Below are positions 54,630-64,000 of a DNA stretch of 64,000 bases, piece after piece (the first letter of the stretch is position 1; each line of letters opens with the position of its first letter). A model generated the notes under the pieces. The model did not search any database. It saw nothing but the letters and a program-made list of their open reading frames with translations, and was not told the DNA's origin. Source of the DNA: Nitrospirales bacterium (GTDB lineage Bacteria > Nitrospirota > Nitrospiria > Nitrospirales > UBA8639); NCBI GenBank assembly GCA_965203295.1, contig CBDBCZ010000019.1:1792001-1856000 (forward strand), in the 5' to 3' direction. The translations under genes were made by a program, and so were the position numbers.

Positions 54630-56012
54630 TCAAGATGATTGCCGGCCAACGAAGAGACTCGTCGCCTCAGAATCTTCCATTGAAATTCCATCACCAGTGG
54701 CTAGTGATTTTAGAGTCAGGCCATCTAATGCCACCCTCACTGCAGCGTCTCGGCGACGAAGTATGTTTGTAATAACATCCTCATTGTCTTCAGGTGGATT
54801 GATGTCTCTAAGATACCTGTGACGAATGACATCGATGATTTCCAAAATTGTAATCTGTTCAGGGGGCCGACCCAACGCAACGCCTGCCGGTTGCATCGTC
54901 CTGTTGACAAACCCATACTCAAGGAAATCCTCAATGACTTCATCCAAAGCCGCAAAGGGAACTTTTAAGTTTCTAGCAAGATCTTCCTCTTTGCTAGGCG
55001 GCTCCCCAGCATAAAAACGACGAGCCATTTCTACCAGGGTTTTTAAGACTAATTGTTCACGAAATGCCGCGGTTTTCTGTTTCCAGTTCACGAGAGTGAG
55101 GTAGGCAGCCGGATGTTGGTGATAATAGGCGATCTGTGAACCCACCAATACAATTAACCAGCTCACGTACAGCCAGATAAGAAACAAAATGAGAATAGCA
55201 AAACTGGAATAAATGGCACTATAGCGCACAGAGCTGGCGACAACCGATGCAAACAACATGCCAGCCAATTGCCATAAGATCCCGGCTGTGACCCCACCAA
55301 TCATGGCAGAGCTAAGATTCACTTGGGTATGGGGAACAAATTTATAGAAAAAGGTAAAGGCAAAGCACAAAAAGAGAAATGGCATCAATTGCGTGGCAAG
55401 AAGCACCGCCGCACCAAGAGGATCAATTTGGAGCACACGTTTGACAAGCCAATGACTTTGAGCAGATGCCATCAAGGTAAACGCAATGAACACCAGAAAC
55501 GGTCCAACAATGACCACGCTAATGTAATCGGTGAATTTGCGTGAAAGGGACCGAGAATGGCGCACCCGCCAAATGCTATTCAAACTCGCTTCAATATTTT
55601 CAATAAGAGAAAACGTCGTGTAAAAAAGTCCAGCCACACCGACGGCTCCTAAGACCCTAACATCCAGATTGCTGACAAACTCCATAATCTTTTGAGTCAC
55701 TTCCTGTCCCTTCGGGCCTAATGGTTCTAATGCCTGAGCCAAAATCGGTTCAATATATTCATGGAACTCAAAGCCTTTGAGGACGGAAAAAAGGACCGCT
55801 AAAAAAGGGACCAAAGAAAGAAGGGTCGTGAACACGAGTCCAGTCGCTCTGACATTGAGTGCACCATCTTTGAAATCCGAGACGGCCACGACCAAGAGGC
55901 GAAGGATGGGGATGTAGATCCGGGCAAACCCTTGCACATTGGCAGAGTCAGCCGCCCATAAGTCTCGCTGAAAAAACCGTTCAATTCGATTAATGAAGTT
56001 CATCAGTCCCAA
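54630..56012 (-). CDS. YihY/BrkB membrane protein with a C-terminal Rrf2-like HTH
   Basis: FTTLLSLVPFLA, LNSIW, YKFVP, YSAIYSSFA, WLYVSW. Confidence 0.9.
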   Translation of the reverse strand: MGLMNFINRIERFFQRDLWAADSANVQGFARIYIPILRLLVVAVSDFKDGALNVRATGLVFTTLLSLVPFLAVLFSVLKGFEFHEYIEPILAQALEPLGPKGQEVTQKIMEFVSNLDVRVLGAVGVAGLFYTTFSLIENIEASLNSIWRVRHSRSLSRKFTDYISVVIVGPFLVFIAFTLMASAQSHWLVKRVLQIDPLGAAVLLATQLMPFLFLCFAFTFFYKFVPHTQVNLSSAMIGGVTAGILWQLAGMLFASVVASSVRYSAIYSSFAILILFLIWLYVSWLIVLVGSQIAYYHQHPAAYLTLVNWKQKTAAFREQLVLKTLVEMARRFYAGEPPSKEEDLARNLKVPFAALDEVIEDFLEYGFVNRTMQPAGVALGRPPEQITILEIIDVIRHRYLRDINPPEDNEDVITNILRRRDAAVRVALDGLTLKSLATGDGISMEDSEATSLFVGRQSS

Positions 56013-56136
56013 CTAGCCTATCAAGGGATTCTAAGAAGGGTACATTGGGCTTTTCCAAATGTCTATATGCCATTTTCTCCTGCCGCCAATTGATTCCACA
56101 ACTCACGTAGATTAGGCTTTTTTATTTGATGGGGTT

Positions 56137-56730
56137 TTGAAACAGTCCCTTGATCGGATTATGGCCATTCCTTACCACCACACGCTTGTCATTGGCTCTG
56201 TGATCGTCGCTTCTTTCCTTGTCTTAGGATGTACGGAGGACTTTGATTGGCAAACATACCCTGAGGGAGTCCAGACAGCTCTCGAGCAAGATCATTTTGA
56301 TGAGGCTGAACGCCTTCTCCTCAGCAGTTTGGACGAAGTCGATGAAGCGGAAACGCATGAACCGCGTTTGGATGCTATTTATCAGAACTTTGGGGAACTG
56401 TATCGGCTACAGGGAAAATGCCCACAGGCTGAACCCCTTTTTTGGAAGGCCCTTCCTATCTGGTCGGCCTCATTGGGGGTTGAACATCCTGCCATCGCGA
56501 CCAGCTTAACCGGCGTGGCTCAATGTTATGTCTCTCAAGGAAAACTCAGAGAAGCCGAACCTCTCTTTAAACGTGCGATGGCTATACGAGAAAAAGCCTA
56601 TGGCCCAAGCCATCCTGAAATTGCTAAAGGCCTTGAAGACTATGTGATGTTGCTTCGCAAAACCAACCGTCCTGTGGAAGCTGATAAAATCGAGAAACGG
56701 AGACAAAGGCTTCTTTCTTATCGATTGTAA
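56137..56730 (+). CDS. TPR (kinesin-light-chain-like) lipoprotein
   Basis: VLGC lipobox; AEPLFKRAMAIREKAYGPSHPE. Confidence 0.85.
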   Translation: MKQSLDRIMAIPYHHTLVIGSVIVASFLVLGCTEDFDWQTYPEGVQTALEQDHFDEAERLLLSSLDEVDEAETHEPRLDAIYQNFGELYRLQGKCPQAEPLFWKALPIWSASLGVEHPAIATSLTGVAQCYVSQGKLREAEPLFKRAMAIREKAYGPSHPEIAKGLEDYVMLLRKTNRPVEADKIEKRRQRLLSYRL

Positions 56731-56766
56731 ATATTCCATCATGCACTGTTCCTTCTGGCGAAGAAC

Positions 56767-57105
56767 ATGGGGATGCCATCGCAATTGTTGACCACCAGAC
56801 AAAGAATTCTGGCGGCACTCGGCCAACATCCGCTTTCTGCCAAAGATCTCGCTGGATCTGTTAAGACCTCGGAAAGAGAAGTAGAAGAACATTTGCTTCA
56901 CATTAAACGCTCAGTAGAAAGAAGTGGACACCAAAGATTGGCTATAGAGCCCTCTCGTTGCTATGAATGCGGATTTACATTTCGAGACCGCTCACGCCTG
57001 ACTCGACCTAGTCGATGTCCTCAATGTAAGAGTGAAAACATTTCATCTCCCCTATTCTCTATAAAGGGGCTCTTGAAAAAGGCCGCCAGCGAGCATCCAG
57101 GGTGA
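56767..57105 (+). CDS. HTH plus Zn-ribbon transcriptional regulator (COG3357-like)
   Basis: TTRQRI...EREVEEHLLHI...RCYECGFTF...PSRCPQCKSE. Confidence 0.85.
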   Translation: MGMPSQLLTTRQRILAALGQHPLSAKDLAGSVKTSEREVEEHLLHIKRSVERSGHQRLAIEPSRCYECGFTFRDRSRLTRPSRCPQCKSENISSPLFSIKGLLKKAASEHPG

Positions 57106-57159
57106 TCAGGAAATATGGATCCCCGCCAAAGGTTTAAAAATAAGTCTGTTTCTTTTTTG

Positions 57160-57480
57160 TTCCGCTTTGCGCGTGGCTGAGTCCTAGCGCCGAATCTCAC
57201 AACTCGGCGAGGACTGTTTGAGCCAGGGGGTTGTTGAAAAAGACGGCCAGCGGTGTTCTCGTTGCTCGCAGCCCTCAACGTACATAAGTCGTACGCCTCG
57301 GACTCCTCGCGGCCTGCGGCCTTGCTGGCGAAACTTTTTGAACAACCACGGGAGCGAGTTCCGCAGCCATGTGATTCGGGGCTGGGACGAAGGAGACCCG
57401 CAGGGCCGCGCGCAGGCGGGAATGGTTTTGGGCCCTTTTGCCGAAACAAAAGGACCTCGACTGCCGGGGCGAAACCCGGC
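57160..57480. repeat. Large GC-rich palindromic extragenic element (outer element)
   Basis: TTCCGCTTTGCGCGTGGC pairs with GCCGCGCGCAGGCGGGAA; GTCCTAGCGCCGAATCTCACA pairs with TGTGATTCGGGGCTGGGAC; terminal hairpins CCTTTTG-CCGAAA-CAAAAGG and GCCGGG-GCGAAA-CCCGGC. Confidence 0.7.
57229..57347. mobile_element. 119-bp MITE/REP-like element with terminal inverted repeats
   Basis: GGTTGTTGAAAAAG ... CTTTTTGAACAACC (13/14 IR), inner GCCAGC/GCTGGC, central CGTAC..GTACG. Confidence 0.7.
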
Positions 57481-57614
57481 GAAGCGGAACTGTGAAAGAG
57501 CAATTCAGATCTTTAAACTTTAAACCTTAACCTCGAAGGTCCCGCACCAACCCCTGCCTGGATGGACTAAACTACTTTTATACGAATGAATACGAGGCGG
57601 CGAGATTATGAGGA

Positions 57615-59057
57615 CTATTGGTGAATAGTATCGACTTCAGTGAGCCTCGCATAAGCTTTGGCTGCTTCAGGGCTCCTCGGATACAATCTCACTAATTGAC
57701 GGAAGGTACCCTTTGCTTTTGGAGTATCTTTTAACTCCAATTGCGAATATCCAATTTTTAGCAATGCAGCAGGGACTTTCTCACTATCGCTGTACAGCTT
57801 TAGCACACGTTCAAACTCTCCGATGGCACTGTTAAATTGACGTGTGACGTAATAACACTCTCCCATCCAATATTGGGCATTCCCCGCTAACGGCGAATTG
57901 GGATATTGAACTAAAAACCTCGAAAAGTCTTTCAAGGCCTCCTGGACTTGCCCATTCTTTAATTTTTGGTGTGCATCTCGGTAAACCGCATCATTTGCCT
58001 CGACACTCACTTCAGACAGGTCACGACGGATAGAATCATGTCCGGCAGAGATTGGGACCTGTGGGCGTTCTGTTGTATTGGCTCTGCTCATGTTCACAGA
58101 TTTTCGAAGCGGGGCCTGTTGATTCAAGCCTGATAGTTGCGCTTCATGGGCATCCACTTTTTCACCCAATGTCTCCACCACAAGGTCTAGTGCTTTCTGC
58201 AGTCGCTCTTGGCGTAGAGTTAAGTCTCTAATAGATTCCTGCTGCTGATTCAGAAAGGCTTGGGACACCAACTTCGCCTTCAGTTGATGAAGCGATTTCG
58301 TATGTCGCTGCTCTTGTTCATTCATCCGTTCCGTAAAGCTCTTATTGACTGTCTCAAGCGCCTTCATCAAGGAGGCAATGCTTTGATCAACATCTTTAAG
58401 ATACGTGGTAGTCTTACCAGAATGAGAAGACGTTTGTTGAGAAATTCTATCCATTTTTCGTTCTGAGTGTTGCAGGCGGACTTCTTGTTGTCTCAATTGA
58501 TCCCGTAACGTACCGAGTACTTCCTTGAACTCAATCAAAGAGGCTTGGAATTCAGAATTCTCTTTGGCTTGGGTCGCTAATGCTTGCATATTCTGACCGA
58601 TGTCATGTTTGAATTTTTTGGAAGAGGTTTCTGCTTTCTTCTCATGGGTTTTCATTTGAGTTTGAAGTGCCATCCATTCCTGCGAAAGATCATCAAGTTG
58701 CCTTGATAAATCATGAATGGCATGGTCGCTTTGCTCAACTTTTCCATGAATATCTGACAAGTCCCCCTCTCTAAGGTTTGTCATTTGATCTACGGTTTCC
58801 GCTCTGCCCCGCACCAACGCTTGTATCTGCGCATCCTGTTGTTCAATGGTTCGGTTAGCCTGTCCAAAAGCCTGGTGGGCTTCCTTCACTGCTGATTGGA
58901 GTTCTATTCGATTTTTTTCTTGCACGGCAATCTTCGCATCCAAATCGCGCTTCATCCGAACAACATCAGCTTGCTGAGCCATGCACCCACTCCCCAGGAG
59001 AAGTAGTATTGTCCACAGAAAAGGGTTACGGAACATCAAAAGAGATCTTTTTTTCAT
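57615..59057 (-). CDS. cpoB: Tol-Pal protein YbgF/CpoB, long coiled-coil lipoprotein (start 59057 or 59036)
   Basis: LGSGC lipobox; YPNSPLAGNAQYWMGECYY, KVPAALLKIG, YPRSPEA; adjacent to pal. Confidence 0.85.
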   Translation of the reverse strand: MKKRSLLMFRNPFLWTILLLLGSGCMAQQADVVRMKRDLDAKIAVQEKNRIELQSAVKEAHQAFGQANRTIEQQDAQIQALVRGRAETVDQMTNLREGDLSDIHGKVEQSDHAIHDLSRQLDDLSQEWMALQTQMKTHEKKAETSSKKFKHDIGQNMQALATQAKENSEFQASLIEFKEVLGTLRDQLRQQEVRLQHSERKMDRISQQTSSHSGKTTTYLKDVDQSIASLMKALETVNKSFTERMNEQEQRHTKSLHQLKAKLVSQAFLNQQQESIRDLTLRQERLQKALDLVVETLGEKVDAHEAQLSGLNQQAPLRKSVNMSRANTTERPQVPISAGHDSIRRDLSEVSVEANDAVYRDAHQKLKNGQVQEALKDFSRFLVQYPNSPLAGNAQYWMGECYYVTRQFNSAIGEFERVLKLYSDSEKVPAALLKIGYSQLELKDTPKAKGTFRQLVRLYPRSPEAAKAYARLTEVDTIHQ

Positions 59058-59116
59058 ACGATACCTGTTCGTAACTTCGCATGCGGTGATTGAAGCAGAG
59101 ATTGGCACATGAAGGA

Positions 59117-59905
59117 TCATCTCCGTTTAGATAAATAGTTTGCTGCGACATGATCGAGACCAACGACCACATGCGCTCGACGATTGGCTGTAAAACATTT
59201 TTCTGTAAAATTCCGGCAAACGGGTTTGTCCTTGCCATACGATGTCACGAGTAATTGCTCTTTTGACACACCAAGCATGGTGAGATAATTCCTGGCCATA
59301 TTGGCACGTTTTTGGCCAAGCGCAACATTGTAGGCCTGTGTCCCTCGTTCATCACAATGGCCTTCAATGGTGACTCGTTTATGGGGATGTGCCTTCAGCC
59401 ATGTCGCATTGCTTTCAAGTATCCCCTTAGCCTCTTCGCTTAAACTCCAGCTATCATAACCGAAGAAGATATCCCGAATGCCCAAAGCAGCCGTTTCCGC
59501 TTCGGCTTGTCGCCGGACCTGGACATAAGAGCCAGCAGGCTGAGAGTCACCACTCGTTGAGCTTTCCATGGAGGTTAAGGATGCTTTAGAAGTTGGCTCT
59601 TGATCCCATTCGGCAAGCCCAGACGCTAATTCGGCATCTTCGACAGAATATTCACCTTCATTTCCATTGACGTCTTGATCAGCCAAATCACTCTCACCGA
59701 TCGTGCCAGCAGAAGAGGCCATTCCATCCAATGAGACCACTGTTTCGCCTTCTTCACCATTATCATGAAAGTCAACTGTTCGCTTCATCGATTTGTTTCC
59801 ACAGCCTGTCATGAATAGGAAGAGGCACCCGACAACTACGACCATCACCACCGTAAAGAAAAATCTTTTTCTTATGTTAAGACTTAAAGGCATCATAAAA
59901 TACAC
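59117..59905 (-). CDS. pal: Peptidoglycan-associated lipoprotein
   Basis: MTGC lipobox; DIFFGYDS, IEGHCDERGTQAYNVALGQKRA, SYGKDKP, NRR. Confidence 0.9.
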   Translation of the reverse strand: MYFMMPLSLNIRKRFFFTVVMVVVVGCLFLFMTGCGNKSMKRTVDFHDNGEEGETVVSLDGMASSAGTIGESDLADQDVNGNEGEYSVEDAELASGLAEWDQEPTSKASLTSMESSTSGDSQPAGSYVQVRRQAEAETAALGIRDIFFGYDSWSLSEEAKGILESNATWLKAHPHKRVTIEGHCDERGTQAYNVALGQKRANMARNYLTMLGVSKEQLLVTSYGKDKPVCRNFTEKCFTANRRAHVVVGLDHVAANYLSKRR

Positions 59906-60319
59906 TCCTGGTTGTATTGTCCTTTTCCTCTATCAATCCTTCCGCCTATACTTTAGTCTTAGCAAGTTTAAGGCCAAAATATATTTCTTGGATTCTCTTT
60001 TTCGGTCTGGCACACATTGAAGCAGAGGGGAAATACCTCCAAACTTTTTCCCAAGACATAGCGGCATACAAGCGATAAACCCATATTTTTCAAGAGAAAT
60101 TTCGCATTTCGAAAAAGGTGGATAAGTTGCAACCGAGAAAAAATTTTCTCTAGTGAAAGACAGATTGTGAGTGGAGCAAAAAAATAATCTTGGCGAGAAA
60201 AAGAATTGTCTCTAAATCTCGTGAGAGGAAAAGCCTACACAACAATCATGAGCTGCAGCATTTTGTCAACATATAAGGGCCTTCATCCTGGCATTTATTC
60301 ATAATGAATAAGCCTCGAT

Positions 60320-62221
60320 TCAACAACCTTTAGACTCAGAGCCCCACCATCCTCGCAAAAGGGTGGTCATTTCATCCGCAGGGAGAGGACGATTGCAAAA
60401 GTAACCTTGGACCCCATGACAACCGAGCTGTCGTAAACATGCAACCTGTTCTGGTTGTTCAACCCCCTTCGCGATAATCCTGGCATTGATAGATTGACCG
60501 AACTCTAGACTTCTTAGAATGTCTTTGCTCATTCCAGGATCGTTAGACAGATTCACGACAAGCGATTGTGAAAGTTTAAACGTGTGAATCGGAAGGTCAC
60601 TCACAAGATCAGTGATCCAAGCTTCCGGAACAAAATCATCAATAACCACGGACAGACCGAGCTCATGAATGTCTCTAATCAATGCGAGAGCTACTTTCTG
60701 GTGTGTTTTCAAAAGCAGTTGGGAAATTTCAATTCTCAACGTTGTGGGCGACAGATTCGCCTCCTGAAGGACTTGACGAATGACCTCAATAAATTTGGGA
60801 TGCTCTGCATTCTCTCCAAAAAGATTGATTCCGATAGAACCGAATGGGACGGCTCCTTCTTGCCACAACTTCGTCTGAGAACACACAGCCCTGAGTACCC
60901 ATTCTTGAATGGAACCAATGAGGTGAATTTCTTGAGCCAAGGCAATAAACTGAGAAGGGAAGATAAGTCCAAGATCAGGGTGATGCCACCGCAACAAGAC
61001 TTCAAGGCCCATGATATGCCCATTTCTCAGATCAACTTCCGGCTGAAAATGCAAGAAAAACTCTTGACGGTTCCAAGCATCCCGCAAACTGTTAGCTAAC
61101 GTTAATTGCTCGAAAGCCTGAGCATTCATCTCATCAGAGACAAATTGATAGCAATTTCCGCCTTTCTCTTTGGCTCGATACATTGCCCGATCGGCTTGGG
61201 TCACCAGGGAATCCGGAGTCGTCGCATCAAACGGATATAAAGCAATGCCAATGCTCGCAGTCGTGGACACGCTTTGATCATTTAAGGGAACGGATTGCCT
61301 CACGGCATCGAGGATTTTATGCGCGACATACCCCGCATCTTGTCCCCTATCCAAATCCTGTAAGATCAAAACAAACTCATCGCCACTGTGCCGGGTGACC
61401 GTATCAGTGGCTCGCACACACGCCGTTAAGACTGTTCCTACCAATTTGAGAAATTCATCACCCTTTTCATGGCCGAACATGTCATTGATCGGTTTAAACC
61501 GATCTAAATCCAGGAACAGAATCGCCAGGGAACGCCCATGCCGACGAGCCAGTGCTAAAGCTTGTTTTAATCGATCATGAAACATGACTCGGTTAGGAAG
61601 GTCTGTCACCAGATCGTAGTGGGCCAGACGGAAAATTCACGCCTCAGATTCCTTTCGTGACGTGATATCTTGATGCATCGCGACATAATGGGTGATCTCT
61701 CCTTCGTCATTTCGCAAAGCGGTGACAGTTTGCTCCACCGCAAACTGGCTTCCATCTTTTCGCTGTTTCACAAACTCTCTCCTCCAATTTGCTCCCTGGG
61801 ATCCCAATCGTCGAGAGGGCTTGAACGAGGATTTTAACTTGTTGGATTTTGAAAATATCTCGATCTGGCCAACAATCTCTGCAGCGGAGTAGCCCGTCAA
61901 CCTCGTATAGGCATCGTTGACCCATTCAATTCGCCCTTCCCGGTCAGTGATGAATACTGCATGTTCGGCAGAGGCGATAGCCGCACCTTGAAGTCGCAAG
62001 TTTTCCTGGTTCTTTACCAAATCCAAACTCAAGGAATCGGCAAAATCCTCAAGAAGACTGGCAAGCGCTTTTTGGTCAGCAGCCGGCATGCCGGGATATT
62101 GTTTTTGCAGGATTGCTAATTGCTCATGGAGGATCTGAAGGTCAAACCCATAGGTAAGAACTTTACCTTTGTCTTTCCTTTTCCCTTCGGATGAGTTATT
62201 CGATTTTTTCTTACTCCTCAA
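60320..62221 (-). pseudogene. PAS-GGDEF-EAL signalling protein split by an in-frame TGA
   Basis: PAS (ITDREGRIEWVN...QDITSRKESEA*), then IFRLAHYDLVTDLPNR in the same frame; TGA at 61637-39; SGDEF and a degenerate EVL. Confidence 0.88.
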
Positions 62222-62254
62222 AGCCCTGACTCTCCCGATTCTCTTGAAAAATCG

Positions 62255-63040
62255 TTATTTCTCAATTTCTTTTATCGATGAATACCTTAACGAGGAAGTT
62301 TCATTTTCCTCCCACACCGGCAAGAGTCCCATTGCAAAGTCTCGCTCCACTTGCCGATATCGCTCCAGAGTACCGACATCCGACCAATAACCTGAAAACC
62401 CATACCCTTGGATCCAACCACCTTTCTCCAAACAAGCCTGATAGGCTGCAATAATGGATGAATTGGAATCTTTCGGAATATCGCGCAGCACCTCAGGTTG
62501 CAACACATGGATTCCAGCAAACATCTTCCGATGGATAAATGAGGTTGCGATGTCTTCCTTTAGCCCAACTCCTCGAATGGTCAATACGCGATTATCATCG
62601 TTACATTCCACAACCCCCCAATTTTCTACATCAAGTTCACTTCGCAGAGCCATAGTGGCAAGTGCCCCACAATCTTGGTGTCTCGCGATCATTTCTGTCA
62701 GGTTCAAGTCTTCTAACGTATCTCCATTGAGAACGAGAAAGGGCTGCCCGTCAAAAAACTCTTCCACTTGTTTAATTCCCCCACCCGTCCCAAGCAATGC
62801 CGTCTCTCTAGAATAGGCCAGTTGCATTCCCCACTGCCGACCATCCTCAAGATGATCCTGAATTTTGTCTGCCAAATGGTGAAGGTTAATCATCACTTCC
62901 CTAACGCCATGCGAACGAAGCAAAAGTAGATTCCAGACAATAAGAGGGCGGCCACCCACAGGAACAAGCGGTTTCGGCAGTGTATCGGTGAAAGGTCGTA
63001 GGCGGGTCCCTAACCCGGCAGCTAAGATCATGGCTTTCAT
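62255..63040 (-). CDS. murU: MurU-like nucleotidyltransferase
   Basis: MKAMILAAGLGTRLRPFTDTLPKPL, LGTGGGI, NGD, WSDVGT; next to an AmgK-like kinase. Confidence 0.75.
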   Translation of the reverse strand: MKAMILAAGLGTRLRPFTDTLPKPLVPVGGRPLIVWNLLLLRSHGVREVMINLHHLADKIQDHLEDGRQWGMQLAYSRETALLGTGGGIKQVEEFFDGQPFLVLNGDTLEDLNLTEMIARHQDCGALATMALRSELDVENWGVVECNDDNRVLTIRGVGLKEDIATSFIHRKMFAGIHVLQPEVLRDIPKDSNSSIIAAYQACLEKGGWIQGYGFSGYWSDVGTLERYRQVERDFAMGLLPVWEENETSSLRYSSIKEIEK

Positions 63041-63050
63041 AAGGATTTTC

Positions 63051-64000
63051 TCATTGCCACTCCGGAATATAAGGAGCTAAATGATCAAAAAGCCTCGCTA
63101 ATTCAGAGTATCTGTGAAAATTATCCCGTACATACCCAAGAGTACGGGGAATGGCTTCAAGAAATTTTGAATTGTGTTTTACTCGATCAATATAGACAAA
63201 TCGCCCTGCAGCTTTGAGATTTCGTTGAATACTCGTAAAATCGAACAATCGCTGGAACGCCTCTTCATCATGTAACAGCATCCGTTCCTGTGTGGTGGGC
63301 TGCAATTCTTGAGACATGCTTCCCACATACCGGTCAATCATCGTCTCAACGAGTGACTCATCTAATACGATATAAGAATCACGGAGCAATGAAGCCAAAT
63401 CATACGTCACCGGCCCCAATAACGCATCCTGAAAATCAAGAATTCCAAAGGTATTGTCGTACACCATCAGGTTCCGTGAATGATAATCCCGATGCGTGAA
63501 CACCTGAGGTTGAGCGGCGAGCCATACAGCAATCTTTTGGAATTCATCTTGAATGACTTGTTCATCCCAGCCAGATATCGGCTTACCAAACCGAGCCACG
63601 ACACCATATTCAAGAAAGTGATCGAACTCCCACATGAGTAAAGGAACATCAAATTCCCGGGTGAATGCATAATAAGAATCCATCCGTGAAGCCGTGGCGC
63701 GAAGATGGATAGCGACTAATGCATCAATCGCCTTCCCATATAATTCGGACCACTCTGATGGGTTCCTCTGCAAACAGGCTTCCAGAAGAGTGAGATCTCC
63801 AAAATCTTGGAGATAGAGAAGACCGGCCGGTTCATCGTAATAGTATAAGGTTGGCACACCGATTCCGACGGCTTCTAGATGTCGTAGCACGTTGATAAAG
63901 TGGAGCTCTTGGATTCCTGAATTTGTACCACTGACGGCCTCTTCAGATGCCTTAAATCCCTCAGGGTCAGCCAACTGCATGAGGATCAAGGAGGGGACGG
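63051..64000 (-). CDS. amgK: AmgK-like anomeric sugar kinase (APH family); N-terminus is outside the window
   Basis: HRDYHSRNLM, LDFQDALLG, YDLASLLRD, QRNLKAAGRF; frame open to the edge. Confidence 0.8.
   Translation of the reverse strand, partial: VPSLILMQLADPEGFKASEEAVSGTNSGIQELHFINVLRHLEAVGIGVPTLYYYDEPAGLLYLQDFGDLTLLEACLQRNPSEWSELYGKAIDALVAIHLRATASRMDSYYAFTREFDVPLLMWEFDHFLEYGVVARFGKPISGWDEQVIQDEFQKIAVWLAAQPQVFTHRDYHSRNLMVYDNTFGILDFQDALLGPVTYDLASLLRDSYIVLDESLVETMIDRYVGSMSQELQPTTQERMLLHDEEAFQRLFDFTSIQRNLKAAGRFVYIDRVKHNSKFLEAIPRTLGYVRDNFHRYSELARLFDHLAPYIPEWQ

Noticed and set aside
57021..57523. ORFs across the repeat region
   Set aside because: Artefacts of GC-rich palindromic DNA with no transposase motifs
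1241..61639. Alternative genetic code explaining the in-frame stops
   Set aside because: The internal stops include TAA, TAG and TGA; all three also end intact genes, and frameshifts co-occur
1..64000. CRISPR array, tRNA, rRNA
   Set aside because: No regularly spaced direct repeats or recognisable RNA-gene signatures seen by eye; not confirmed by tRNAscan or Infernal

Overview
Bacterial chromosomal segment; gene content and protein style suggest Nitrospirota/Nitrospirales (inference, not a database result). Intact core: a 13-gene complex I operon (nuoA-B-CD-E-F-G-H-I-J-K-L-M-N) headed by an NDUFAF7/MidA-type methyltransferase and followed by msrP and a 1-Cys peroxiredoxin; secA; copA; a UreH/NiCoT-like transporter; aguBA; pal-cpoB; amgK-murU. 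A TonB-TPR-TonB-ExbB-ExbD cluster with no receptor is followed by an excisionase-like HTH and a DUF2946-like His/Cys leader ending in the ribosome-arrest motif RAPP. About 14 accessory genes carry nonsense codons, frameshifts or deletions while the ~16 kb nuo block has none, which points to genome erosion. There are also nested palindromic (REP/MITE-like) elements and several envelope proteins with unusually long spacers. I found no rRNA, tRNA, CRISPR array or transposase.
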